Of a stretch of DNA of 64,000 bases, positions 28,483-37,834 are shown piece by piece; within the stretch, counting starts at the first letter, position 1, and each line of letters begins with the position of its first letter. The translations under genes and the position numbers were made by a program. Below the pieces are notes generated by a model, which was not told the origin of the DNA, did no database searches, and saw nothing but the letters and a program-made list of their open reading frames with translations. Source of the stretch: Minisyncoccia bacterium (lineage in GTDB: Bacteria > Patescibacteriota > Minisyncoccia > Phycocordibacterales > Phycocordibacteraceae); assembly GCA_050011835.1 (NCBI GenBank), contig JBEKII010000001.1, positions 86,473-150,472 of the forward strand, read 5' to 3'.

Positions 28483-29562
28483 TTACACAACCGTGTATCG
28501 TCCGTCTTTCAGCCGCTTGAAATAACGCGAATCGTTCAAATTAACGAGAATCGTGTTGTCTTTCACAAACCGTGCCTTTTTAACATGTTTGACTATCTCT
28601 TCTTTCTTCATCGGACCCTCTTTCTCAAGCGTCTCACGAATAACATCGCGCACGACACCCGGCGTATAGCCCCATTCAGTAAGCGCGTAAAGCCCGCGGC
28701 CAACGAGTACGAAACGCGGGTCTTTAATAAGTTCGTTATGCGTTGTCGCGACATGCGCTTTTTTTGAAAAGAGCGTGCTAATCGCTTTGGAGACCGCAGA
28801 AAAATGCATCGGAGAGCCATGTCGCTTGATGGCGAGGTAGGCATAATCGCGGACTCCCTTGATGCGGATAGCGGGCGTCGTGATACGGCCCCATTCGGCA
28901 AGCGGGTTGCTGCCAATATGCTTGGAGAGCGAAAGCCAGCGCTTCAAAATTTCTTCATTCTTATACGCGTCATTGACACCTTTCAGCTCGTCAAGGAAGC
29001 GGTCCAGAATCTGGCCTTCGGAAAATACTTTATTGTCGGGAAGCGAGCTGTACAGTCGTGAAAGCGCTTCGTGAATATTCTTCGCGGTCGCGGCATCCAC
29101 ATGCCAGCGTGCGATAAAATCATTCGTCTCGCGTTCGCGGAAGAATGCGGAATCAATTATAAGAAAAAAGCGAAATCGATTTCGGCTCTTTTCATCTTTC
29201 CCCAATGTGGAAAGGAGCGTCTCTTCGGGCACGATGGCGCCGAGCGAATCAATATAGCGTGCGAGTTCTCCAAACGCCGCGGATGCTTCTTTATAGACCT
29301 TGCTCCCGCGTATTGCATCAAGCCCGGCGGCTTCAATCTGTCGCACGCGTTCGCGCGTGATGCCGGAGTGGTCACCAATCGCTTCAAGGGTCTCGCGTTC
29401 CGGATTTGCGCCGAGACCAAAACGGCGGACGAGAACGTCGCGCGCACGCTCCGGCGCCGTGGCAAGGAGCCGTTTTACAAGTGCCGCGCTGTCAAAAGAG
29501 AACGAAACAGAATCAGCCGCTTTCGTTTTGCCGCGCTTCTTTGTTTTTGATGTATTATTCAT
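28483..29562 (-). CDS. sigma-70 region-4-like HTH domain protein
   Basis: The N-terminus ERETLEAIGDHSGITRERVRQIEAAGLDAIR is a classic sigma-70 region 4 / HTH signature. The remaining ~280 aa has no recognised domain. Confidence 0.55.
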   Translation of the reverse strand: MNNTSKTKKRGKTKAADSVSFSFDSAALVKRLLATAPERARDVLVRRFGLGANPERETLEAIGDHSGITRERVRQIEAAGLDAIRGSKVYKEASAAFGELARYIDSLGAIVPEETLLSTLGKDEKSRNRFRFFLIIDSAFFRERETNDFIARWHVDAATAKNIHEALSRLYSSLPDNKVFSEGQILDRFLDELKGVNDAYKNEEILKRWLSLSKHIGSNPLAEWGRITTPAIRIKGVRDYAYLAIKRHGSPMHFSAVSKAISTLFSKKAHVATTHNELIKDPRFVLVGRGLYALTEWGYTPGVVRDVIRETLEKEGPMKKEEIVKHVKKARFVKDNTILVNLNDSRYFKRLKDGRYTVV

Positions 29563-29609
29563 ATGGTGTAATTTATAGCAAATGTTCTAAAAAGAGTCAA
29601 TGGTCTGGA

Positions 29610-32438
29610 TTATACCACAAGGTTGACAATCTTGCCTGGAACATAGACCACGCGCGCTGGCTCCTTATCTCCAAGTGCGGCAATTACCGCGGGCAGTTTG
29701 AGGGCCGCGGCTAACGCTTCGGCTTCGCTTGCCTCGCTCGACAACCGAATGGTACCCCGCTTACGGCCAGCAACTTGTACGACAATTTCATTTTCAGTTG
29801 CAGCAGATAAAGAAGCGACTGGCCATGATTGTTGATGTACGCTTCCTTCCCCGCCAAGTTTTTCCCAGAAATATTCGGCGAGATGCGGTGCGAATGGCGC
29901 GAGCATAATAACGAATGATGGGAGCACGGCTTTCGGGACAATTTCTGTGGTTTCAAGTTCATTCACAAGAATCATCAAAGCCGCGATACTCGTATTGAAC
30001 TTAAATCGATCGCTGTCTTCGGCAATTTTAATGTTTGCGCGCGCAATGGCTTTTTGAATTGAGCCCGGTATCTCGGTCGTATCGTACGCGCGTCCGACGA
30101 GCCGTACGGTGCGGTCAAGAAATTTACGCATTGCGGCGACTCCTTCTAAATTCCATAGATAACTCCCCGATTCATTGTAAGGGCCAATGAACGCGAGATA
30201 CATGCGCACCGCATCGGCGCCATATTTCTGCACGAACTCATCGGGATTCACCACGTTTCCTTTGGACTTGCTCATTTTCCGGCCATCCGAGCCCATGATG
30301 AGCGCACGATTGAAACGCTCCGCGAACGGCTCTTCAACCGGCACGAGAGCGAGGTCATAAAGCGCGTGTGTGAAGAAACGCGAGTAGAGAACATGCATCG
30401 TTGTATGCTCGCTTCCTCCCGAGTAGCGATTTATCGGCAACCATTTTTCCATCAGCGCCGCATCAGAAAAATTGTACTTATCTTTTGAGTCAAGATATCG
30501 GAGAAAATACCATGAAGAGTCCACAAAGGTATCAAATGTGTCATATTCCGGCGTCCACCCTTCGCCGAAAATTTTTGTCACGCGCTTCCGCAATTCTTTT
30601 GAAGAAGCCAACGGGGCTTTGCCGGTCGGCTTAAAGTCAACATCGGTCGGCAAGAGCCAAGGTAAATGTTCGGCGGGAATCGCGTGCGGCTTCCCTTTTG
30701 GGTCATACACAATCGGTATTGGACAGCCCCAATAGCGCTGACGGCTCACGAGCCAATCGCGGATGCGGTATTGCGTTGCCTTCTCGCCCCCGACGGCTTC
30801 CACGATGTCCCATTTGGCTTCTTCGCTGTTGCGTCCGCTAAATTCACCTGAATCAATAAGAATGCCTTGCTCCGTATATACATCTATGCCGGTACGAATA
30901 CGATTGCGAATGAGCTCTATTTCAGAATGTTGGATGCGCACGGTCATAAATTCTTCGGCAGTAAGCCAGATGACTTCATGTTGCTCAGTTTCTTTCGCAG
31001 CGACAGGTTTGCGCGCATTGTCAACTAATTCAAACAAAAGCATTGAATTGCGGGCGATGCGGTTGACGCCTTTATGTGCCGCATAAAACTCGGCTTGCGC
31101 GTCACCGCCGAGTTTGCGCACAAAACGCACGTCTGTGTAGCCGGTCTCTTCGGCAATTTCGCGTTTAGCTGATGCAACAATATTTTCCCCTTCTTCAATG
31201 CCGCCCGTGACAAACGTTGTCCACGGTTGTTTTTTCCACTTCAGACAAAGATAGCGATTCGTTTTGGGATCAAAAACGACATCAATTGTTGCGCGACGAG
31301 GGACAACTTCCTTCCCGGGCTGATGCGGATTTGTCGGGTCCGGCAAGCGCGGCATAATGACATCCCGAATTGGCAGATTAAACTTTTTTGCGAATTCAAA
31401 GTCGCGTTCGTCGTGCGCGGGAACCGCCATCACCGCGCCGGCGCCGTAGGAGCCGAGAACGTAGTCGGCAACGTACACGGGAATTTTTTCCTTTGTTGCG
31501 GGGTTGATGGCTGAAATGCCTTCAAGACACACGCCGGTTTTTTCTTTATTCTCGCTACGCTCCCGTTCGGTTTTTTTATTCGTTGCGCTGACATATTCCT
31601 TAATCTGTTTTTTATTTGAAACAGCGGATAACAAAGATGAAACAAGCTGATGTTCAGGCGCGAGCACGACATACGTCGCGCCAAAGATAGTGTCTGGCCG
31701 TGTCGTGAACACTTTAATTTTCTCGTCACGACCAGCAATCGGGAATTCCAGATACGCACCTTCGCTCTTCCCGATCCATGCGCGCTGCGCTTCTTTTATC
31801 TCCTCACGCCACGGGAGCGTGTTCAAGCCGGCGAGAAGACGTTCGGCATAGTCGGTAATCTTAAGAAACCATTGTGTAAGCCGCTTCTCCTCCACCGCCG
31901 TACCGCACCGCTCGCAGCAACCGTCTATCACCTGCTCATTAGCAAGTACGGTTTGGTCTTTCGGACACCACTTGACCGGCGCCTCGCGACGCTCGGCGAG
32001 TCCATGCTCAAAAAGTTTTTCAAAGAGCCATTGTGTCCATTGATAAAAATTTGGATCGCACGTGACCACCTCTTTGCTCCAATCAAAAGATGCGCCCATT
32101 GTTGCGAGTTGCTCGCGCATCCGCGCCATATTCTTATACGTCCACTCTCTCGGATTGGCATTGTGCTTTATGGCGGCGTTTTCGGCAGGAAGACCGAAGG
32201 CGTCAAAACCAATTGGGAAAAGGACATTCTTCCCTCTCGCGCGCAACATCCGCGCATAAATATCAGTCACCGCGAAAGCATACCAATGCCCAATGTGGAG
32301 ATCTCCCGAAGGATACGGGAACTCAACGAGTAAATAATAACGCTCTCTTGATTCATCGGTAAGATTGGCCGAATAGAGACCGAGTTTTCTCCACTTCTCC
32401 CGAGCCGCTTTCTCAATTTTTGAATGATCGTATGTCAC
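29610..32438 (-). CDS. leuS: leucine--tRNA ligase with a NUDIX hydrolase domain inserted after the CP1 editing domain
   Basis: HIGH (PYPSGDLHIGHWY), the editing-domain T-rich region (TTRPDT), AHDERDFEFA and KMSKSKGN are all present. Between LPIRDVI and GILIDSGEF lies a ~160-aa insert with a textbook Nudix box GGIEEGENIVASAKREIAEETGY. Confidence 0.9.
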   Translation of the reverse strand: MTYDHSKIEKAAREKWRKLGLYSANLTDESRERYYLLVEFPYPSGDLHIGHWYAFAVTDIYARMLRARGKNVLFPIGFDAFGLPAENAAIKHNANPREWTYKNMARMREQLATMGASFDWSKEVVTCDPNFYQWTQWLFEKLFEHGLAERREAPVKWCPKDQTVLANEQVIDGCCERCGTAVEEKRLTQWFLKITDYAERLLAGLNTLPWREEIKEAQRAWIGKSEGAYLEFPIAGRDEKIKVFTTRPDTIFGATYVVLAPEHQLVSSLLSAVSNKKQIKEYVSATNKKTERERSENKEKTGVCLEGISAINPATKEKIPVYVADYVLGSYGAGAVMAVPAHDERDFEFAKKFNLPIRDVIMPRLPDPTNPHQPGKEVVPRRATIDVVFDPKTNRYLCLKWKKQPWTTFVTGGIEEGENIVASAKREIAEETGYTDVRFVRKLGGDAQAEFYAAHKGVNRIARNSMLLFELVDNARKPVAAKETEQHEVIWLTAEEFMTVRIQHSEIELIRNRIRTGIDVYTEQGILIDSGEFSGRNSEEAKWDIVEAVGGEKATQYRIRDWLVSRQRYWGCPIPIVYDPKGKPHAIPAEHLPWLLPTDVDFKPTGKAPLASSKELRKRVTKIFGEGWTPEYDTFDTFVDSSWYFLRYLDSKDKYNFSDAALMEKWLPINRYSGGSEHTTMHVLYSRFFTHALYDLALVPVEEPFAERFNRALIMGSDGRKMSKSKGNVVNPDEFVQKYGADAVRMYLAFIGPYNESGSYLWNLEGVAAMRKFLDRTVRLVGRAYDTTEIPGSIQKAIARANIKIAEDSDRFKFNTSIAALMILVNELETTEIVPKAVLPSFVIMLAPFAPHLAEYFWEKLGGEGSVHQQSWPVASLSAATENEIVVQVAGRKRGTIRLSSEASEAEALAAALKLPAVIAALGDKEPARVVYVPGKIVNLVV

Positions 32439-32461
32439 GGAGAAAAATTATACCATTTATT

Positions 32462-33589
32462 TTAACCGTGAAGGAAAATCATCACGTCGCCGTCTTTGAC
32501 GATGTAGTCCTTGCCTTCAGTGCGGATTTTTGCGCTCTCGCGCGCCGCGGTCCAGCTGCCGGCGGCAAGTAGGTCGTCGGTAGAAACGACTTCGGCGCGA
32601 ATAAATTTATTCGCGAAGTCGGTATGAATGGCGGCGCCCGCAACGGGCGCCGTGCTGCCTTTCTTAATCGTCCAGGCGCGCGTTTCATCAGCGCCAGTTG
32701 TAAAAAATGATATGAGGCCGAGTGTATCGTATGCGCTGCGAATAAATCCCGCAAGGCCGTCTTCTTGTACGCCGAATTCTTGACGGAATCTTTCACGGTC
32801 TTCGTCCGCAACATCATTCAGTTCCCGTTCAGTCGCGGCATCTAAAAACACATATCGTGAGCCGAGTGCGCGAATAAGCTCATACGCTCTTGCCGCACGA
32901 CCGTCGTGGAGTTCATCCAGATTATGTCCGCCATTTTTCTTATTAAGCGCGTAAAGAATCGGCTTCACAGTCAGAAGATTCAAATGGGCGATACGATTGC
33001 GTTCCTCGTCGCTTAGTCCGGCGTGGAGCGCGAGCTTTCCCGCCGCAAAACTTCGTTCAAGTTTGGCGAGTACGGCATCTTCGGCAATTGCATCTTTTCC
33101 TCCGGAGGCGGATCCGCCTTTGGCGGACACCCCTGCTTTAACATCGCGCACAAGCTTATCGCGCCGTTTTTTAACTTGTTCAACATCGGCAAGCATAAGC
33201 TCAAGATTGATAATTTCTATATCCTTGTAGGGCTCAATATTCTTCTCTATGTGCACGATGTTTGGGTCGTCAAAGAAACGTACAATCTGAAGAATCGCGT
33301 CGGCCTCACGAATATTCGCGAGAAATTGATTCCCCAATCCTTCGCCTTCCGCTGCGCCTTTCACCAAACCCGCGATGTCCACAAACTCTATCGCCGCCGG
33401 AATCGTTTTGGCTGATTTTGAAAGTTCTGCGAGCTTAAGGAGACGGGCATCCGGCACGCCGACCACTCCAACCGAAGGGTCAATCGTGCAGAATGGATAA
33501 TTCTCCGCCGGCACGGAGGCTTTCGTGAGCGCATTAAAAAGCGTGGACTTCCCCACGTTCGGCAATCCTACGATTCCGATTTTTAACAT
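32462..33589 (-). CDS. ychF: redox-regulated ATPase YchF (Obg-like)
   Basis: G1 GLPNVGKST at the N-terminus, G4 NKxD-like (LNKKNG), and a C-terminal TGS domain. Confidence 0.9.
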   Translation of the reverse strand: MLKIGIVGLPNVGKSTLFNALTKASVPAENYPFCTIDPSVGVVGVPDARLLKLAELSKSAKTIPAAIEFVDIAGLVKGAAEGEGLGNQFLANIREADAILQIVRFFDDPNIVHIEKNIEPYKDIEIINLELMLADVEQVKKRRDKLVRDVKAGVSAKGGSASGGKDAIAEDAVLAKLERSFAAGKLALHAGLSDEERNRIAHLNLLTVKPILYALNKKNGGHNLDELHDGRAARAYELIRALGSRYVFLDAATERELNDVADEDRERFRQEFGVQEDGLAGFIRSAYDTLGLISFFTTGADETRAWTIKKGSTAPVAGAAIHTDFANKFIRAEVVSTDDLLAAGSWTAARESAKIRTEGKDYIVKDGDVMIFLHG

Positions 33590-33593
33590 GTAT

Positions 33594-34325
33594 CTACCCT
33601 AGGTCTCCTTTATCTTTTATGCAAGATGGGAAATCAGATAACTCGCATATTTTTTCAACAATTTTTTGTAAAGAATCCGGTCGTTCATCGAGCCATTTTG
33701 CCAAGGAATGTGTCGCGCCTTCCACAATTACTATTTCCCTGGACTTTGCATTTTGAGCAGAATCATAAATTTCCTCAATCACCTCATGCGGAACAATTTG
33801 ATCTTTTTCAGCCTTATATATCAAAAGATTATTTTTATAATTTTCTAAAATTTTCCAAGCATCGGTTTCCCGCCAACTGAAAGAACTCCTAATTATTTCT
33901 GTAAATGACGGTCCGAATGGAACGCCATAGGCCTTCGTTGCATACACAGCAGGAGCTAACAATATTAGATTTTTGACCTTATATAATTCTGTTAATTTGA
34001 TCGCGACATAACTACCCATACTCGATGCAACTATTGAGAGTGGCTGCGACACTTTCTGTGAATCAATGATGGCCGATGCTTGAGCAACTCTACTTTCCAG
34101 GGAAAATCCAGCCAAATTGCCTCCCGTTTCCCCGTGACCGATGAAATCAAAAGAACATGATGTAATTCCTTTGTTTGCCAAAAGGTTTCTTAATTGCTCG
34201 AACCTCTTTCTATCGCCCGAACCGGCTCCGTGAAGAAAAAGCCATTGAGGTTGAGTATCCGTATGGATGGTGTCGCCAGCCAGCACCATCCCATTAAAAC
34301 TGACTTTGAAAGATTTCCTTTTCAT
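33594..34325 (-). CDS. alpha/beta hydrolase
   Basis: HGAGSG oxyanion region and nucleophile elbow ASSMGS (GxSxG), plus a later D and H (EGATHS). 243 aa. Confidence 0.7.
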   Translation of the reverse strand: MKRKSFKVSFNGMVLAGDTIHTDTQPQWLFLHGAGSGDRKRFEQLRNLLANKGITSCSFDFIGHGETGGNLAGFSLESRVAQASAIIDSQKVSQPLSIVASSMGSYVAIKLTELYKVKNLILLAPAVYATKAYGVPFGPSFTEIIRSSFSWRETDAWKILENYKNNLLIYKAEKDQIVPHEVIEEIYDSAQNAKSREIVIVEGATHSLAKWLDERPDSLQKIVEKICELSDFPSCIKDKGDLG

Positions 34326-35194
34326 TGACGTAAAAAGTCGGCAAGTATAGTTGCCGTGGTTCGTATACTGTCATTATCAACTACGTTTGCGCCTTCTGAT
34401 ATACCGATTCTTCGAAAATTATGAGCCACTCCAGGAATGGTAGTGAATTTTATATTCGCCCCTTCATCCGACAATCGTTGTGCAAAAGTCTTATAGAAAT
34501 CTTGTATGTGTTTAGGAATTGGCGGATCATCTGCCTCAAAGAAACTAATGAAAATCGAACCGTCATTTTTTATATATTTTTCAAGTACGGGGAAAACAGG
34601 CGACTCAGCAACATTCCAATCTTCACGAATAATTCTACTAAAGGATTCTCCATACGGTATATTCTCTATACTTTTTGGAAATGCTGCGGGAGAAAGTAGC
34701 ACTATTTTAGGAACTTTTATTTCCAAGTTTTCTAATTGCTCAAGCGCATTAATGGCCATGTAAGCTCCGGCACTTGTACCGATGAGCGAAAGATTTGAGG
34801 ATTTTGTACGGTCATAAAAATATTTTGATGTTTCTACAAGAACTTCCGTTCGAGACTGAAAAGTTTCTTTTTCCCATTTGCCGGTTGAGCCGCCCGTAGC
34901 AGGCTGATTATATAAAAGACTTGATTCGGCCTGGTCAAGCATTTTGAGAGCGAGATGGCCATACAACTTATTTATTAGAGGTAACTTTTTACGACGTTCA
35001 GGATCGCGAGGGACACCTCCTACCATAGTTATTAACGGAGAATATTCTGGTCCGCGTGCCAACGCACACCTTATTTCTCTTCCTCCAATTACAACCTTCT
35101 CAACCTCAAACTTCCCGGTTTTTAACCACTCTATTTCTGACTGAGGAAGGTAATCCGCTCTGTTTCCCCCCTTTTCGTGTTTAAATTTTTCCAT
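34322..35194 (-). CDS. alpha/beta hydrolase (paralogue of 33594..34325)
   Basis: Nucleophile elbow GTSAGA, and a C-terminal GVAHNF His. There is an ATGA overlap with the downstream paralogue. RBS AAGGGAGAC. Confidence 0.65.
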   Translation of the reverse strand: MEKFKHEKGGNRADYLPQSEIEWLKTGKFEVEKVVIGGREIRCALARGPEYSPLITMVGGVPRDPERRKKLPLINKLYGHLALKMLDQAESSLLYNQPATGGSTGKWEKETFQSRTEVLVETSKYFYDRTKSSNLSLIGTSAGAYMAINALEQLENLEIKVPKIVLLSPAAFPKSIENIPYGESFSRIIREDWNVAESPVFPVLEKYIKNDGSIFISFFEADDPPIPKHIQDFYKTFAQRLSDEGANIKFTTIPGVAHNFRRIGISEGANVVDNDSIRTTATILADFLRQ

Positions 35195-35206
35195 CCTATG
35201 TCTCCC

Positions 35207-35710
35207 TTATCCTTTATGCAGGGCGAGAAGGCGAACGTAATAAAGCACCGCGTAGATAACCGCCGTGAGCACCACATACAACGCAATAGCGGAAGCGAAA
35301 GAGAGCGCCGGCAGCTGGCCGAGTGTAAGATACGCAAGAAGCCACCATGCCGTGAGGGCGGCGGCGGAACCGAGCGCGAAGGAAATGTGCCGTCGCGAAA
35401 GCGCCCAAGAAATACCGATAATCAAAAGTGTAAACGCGATAAAAATCCAGTAACTCGTGGTCAGCGCTGGCTGCGGCGCTTCATGAAGCGCATATGAAAT
35501 AACGATGAGTACAAACGAAGCGAGCAGTGAAAGCGTCATGCCGAAACGCAGCCCCTTCCCGATGACGCGCAGGTGAGCGCGCTCGGCTGCATTTATATTA
35601 CCGTCGCGCATCGCATGAATATACGCGAGCTCGCCCCACACTGCCGTACACACGCCGACACACGCCCCGAGCGCCTGACAGAAAAAAAGAAAGAGGATGA
35701 GGGCAATCAT
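35207..35710 (-). CDS. hypothetical polytopic membrane protein
   Basis: Start at MIALILF, 1 nt after the TAA of the upstream small ORF. Five hydrophobic helices. Confidence 0.45.
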   Translation of the reverse strand: MIALILFLFFCQALGACVGVCTAVWGELAYIHAMRDGNINAAERAHLRVIGKGLRFGMTLSLLASFVLIVISYALHEAPQPALTTSYWIFIAFTLLIIGISWALSRRHISFALGSAAALTAWWLLAYLTLGQLPALSFASAIALYVVLTAVIYAVLYYVRLLALHKG

Positions 35711-35711
35711 A

Positions 35712-35978
35712 TTATTTCTGCCTGCTCGAACGACCGAAGTCATTCGGGCGGGCGGGCATAAGCGCGGCGAGCTCGGCGCGATGTTTCTTCATCACTTCCA
35801 TCGCCGCCTTCATTTCATTCTCGCCGCCTTTCTTCCGCCGCTCAATTTCCTCACCGATCATTTTAAAGAGCTTTGGGTCTTTAGAAATAAGTTCGGTCAT
35901 CTGCTCACGCTGCGCCTGCGGCATATCCTTCAGCTTCCATTTGGCGTATTGGTTGAAAAGAAAACTTTGTACAGACAT
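35712..35978 (-). CDS. hypothetical small charged helical protein (88 aa)
   Basis: Its ORF is in operon register between two membrane-protein genes. No SD is seen, so it is weakly supported. Confidence 0.3.
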   Translation of the reverse strand: MSVQSFLFNQYAKWKLKDMPQAQREQMTELISKDPKLFKMIGEEIERRKKGGENEMKAAMEVMKKHRAELAALMPARPNDFGRSSRQK

Positions 35979-35987
35979 ACAAAAATT

Positions 35988-36419
35988 TTAAGAAAAATCC
36001 GACCGTAAGAAGATACCGCGAATGGTCCGCGTCGTAAAGTAAAGTGCCATGAGCGAAAGAAGCATAAGTGCTTCAATAAAAACGAAAGACAAGTCAAAGA
36101 AACTCAACCCTGCACGATAATGCGCAACAGCGGCTGTACCGAAAAGAAGCGTTCCGATGATGGCGAGAAGCGCATTTATCCAGTGTATCCACGATTGTGT
36201 TGGATTTGTAATCCCCGCCGCAACCACAAGTATTACTGCCGAGATAACCGCACCGGTTGATGAAAGCGGAAGTTCAGCGCCTGTGGACTGACCAATAATA
36301 AGTACGAGCGCGCCGATGACGAAAAGCGCCCGAACGGCATCGCCGTGATAATGCGGTATTTCGCGGCGAGGCGGGACTTTTACTATACTGCCGTCGCCGT
36401 CACCACCATCTTCGGACAT
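35988..36419 (-). CDS. hypothetical membrane protein
   Basis: Start at MSEDGGDGDGSIVKV; three or four TM helices follow. Confidence 0.45.
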   Translation of the reverse strand: MSEDGGDGDGSIVKVPPRREIPHYHGDAVRALFVIGALVLIIGQSTGAELPLSSTGAVISAVILVVAAGITNPTQSWIHWINALLAIIGTLLFGTAAVAHYRAGLSFFDLSFVFIEALMLLSLMALYFTTRTIRGIFLRSDFS

Positions 36420-36527
36420 ACACTCTAAGTATACGCCCTGTGGACATTTGTGGGCAGGAGGCAAGACCCCTGTTTATAAGGTATACTAGACAAGCAGTTA
36501 GTATTAATACCATTATTTTATATTCAT

Positions 36528-36779
36528 ATGGCAATAAATTCAGCTTTATCAAAGCCGCTCAAGCTCTCTCCCGAACTTGAGGAGGTTGTGGGCAAGGGTC
36601 CGCTCCCCAGAACCGAAGTGGTTAAGAAGCTTTGGGAATACATCAAGAAGAACAACCTTCAAAATCCTAAAAATAAACGGAACATCCTCGCGGATGAGAA
36701 ATTGAAGGCGATATTCGGAGGCAAGAACGAAGTTACAATGTTTGAAATGACGAAGCTCGTCTCGGCACACTTGAAATAA
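36528..36779 (+). CDS. SWIB/MDM2 domain protein
   Basis: 83 aa: LSPELEEVVGKGPLPRTEVVKKLWEYIKKNNLQNPKNKRNI...DEKLKAIFG is the classic SWIB fold signature. Confidence 0.8.
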   Translation: MAINSALSKPLKLSPELEEVVGKGPLPRTEVVKKLWEYIKKNNLQNPKNKRNILADEKLKAIFGGKNEVTMFEMTKLVSAHLK

Positions 36780-36794
36780 GTATCGTTGTATTCC

Positions 36795-36825
36795 AAACCA
36801 ACCGGCTGCCTTATTGACGGCCGGT
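36795..36825. terminator. hairpin terminator between convergent genes
   Basis: AACCGGC-(13 nt)-GCCGGTT stem-loop immediately after the SWIB stop, followed by GTGACGTTATTG. Confidence 0.35.
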
Positions 36826-36832
36826 TGTGACG

Positions 36833-37615
36833 TTATTGATATTCGGATTTTAAGATACGTGATAGTCCGGAAAGTGGGATACGTAGTGTTTGAGGGCCGG
36901 CAGCATAAGGACCGACTTGATAAGGAGGAAAGAGAATACCAAAGTCTTGATTATCGAAGAAGAAGTTCTCAAAGTTCGAATCTTTTGGCGTTGTCCCGTT
37001 ATTAATAAAACTCATATCAGCACCGCTACCGATAACATTAGGAAGCCGAGCACGACTTATTGTTGAGAGAGTATCAAGGTAAGAAGTTCCTGGCATAAAG
37101 ATATCGGCGAGTGTGAGTAGAGCGCCAGTTGAAGTGTCAAAAGTGAATGTATGGAAGAGTATATTGCTGTGCACCCCGCCGGTATCTTCATAGATAGTGA
37201 AAATATACGAGACTGTATGAGGTGACGACCCAATCAGGTAGTTAATTTGGAGAGCCTCTTTGTTACTTTGGCTAAGACCCGCTGTCTTTATTTCATCTGG
37301 CGTAAGGTTTGCGAAATTACCATCGGTTTTAAACTGCACGATTGTGTCGCTCACAAACTTCTTCATTAATGCAACGGCGGCTGCGTTTGCCGAGGATCCA
37401 ACATCAAGAAGAAGTGCCGTACTTGAAGCATAATTGACGGCAATATCATAATACGTACCGTGTTCAGTGTAGCTGGTCGCTTCTAATGCGGGAGCTTTGA
37501 TTGCCCCATTATTTTCCCCGACAGATGGCCTCATTGCTGCATAAAAAATAATTCCACAAAGAATTACAACGATAAAAATTCCACCAAGAATCATTTTCTT
37601 TCCCATATACCACAT
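36833..37615 (-). CDS. DUF3298/DUF4163-like secreted protein (RsiV/PdaC-type fold)
   Basis: N-terminal anchor helix, and a C-terminal segment FPPYQVGPYAAGPQTLRIPLS characteristic of the DUF3298 family. Confidence 0.55.
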   Translation of the reverse strand: MWYMGKKMILGGIFIVVILCGIIFYAAMRPSVGENNGAIKAPALEATSYTEHGTYYDIAVNYASSTALLLDVGSSANAAAVALMKKFVSDTIVQFKTDGNFANLTPDEIKTAGLSQSNKEALQINYLIGSSPHTVSYIFTIYEDTGGVHSNILFHTFTFDTSTGALLTLADIFMPGTSYLDTLSTISRARLPNVIGSGADMSFINNGTTPKDSNFENFFFDNQDFGILFPPYQVGPYAAGPQTLRIPLSGLSRILKSEYQ

Positions 37616-37679
37616 AGTGTACCCTGTAACGAAATGAAATTCTAGAATATCCTTTCGCGAACCATTTCGGCAGATGAGT

Positions 37680-37766
37680 TGTGGACCTCAACGAAGCTGA
37701 TTGGAATCAGATTATCAATGAAATACGGTTATTAGCGGGACTCGCGGGGCAGTTTTAGTTCTACAA
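37680..37766. repeat. 87-bp intergenic repeat, copy A, containing palindrome CTGATTGGAATCAG (37697-37710)
   Basis: ~85% identical to 38406..38492 in direct orientation. Both copies lie just upstream of consecutive minus-strand genes. Confidence 0.8.
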
Positions 37767-37780
37767 AATATAAATGAAAA

Positions 37781-37815
37781 CAGCACCCTTGCGGATGCTG
37801 CTGTATCACCTCCTT
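37781..37815 (-). terminator. weak rho-independent terminator after 37835..38302
   Basis: CAGCA-(10 nt)-TGCTG hairpin, followed on the minus strand by TTTTCATTTATATTTTG. Confidence 0.35.
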
Positions 37816-37834
37816 CCTTTTTATTTTTACTCAT

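Noticed and set aside
35131-35337. 68-aa ORF containing SPCIKDKGDIG upstream of hydrolase 2
   Set aside because: The peptide similarity to the C-terminus of hydrolase 1 reflects a duplicated DNA junction, not a separate gene. It overlaps the membrane-protein gene and the hydrolase start.
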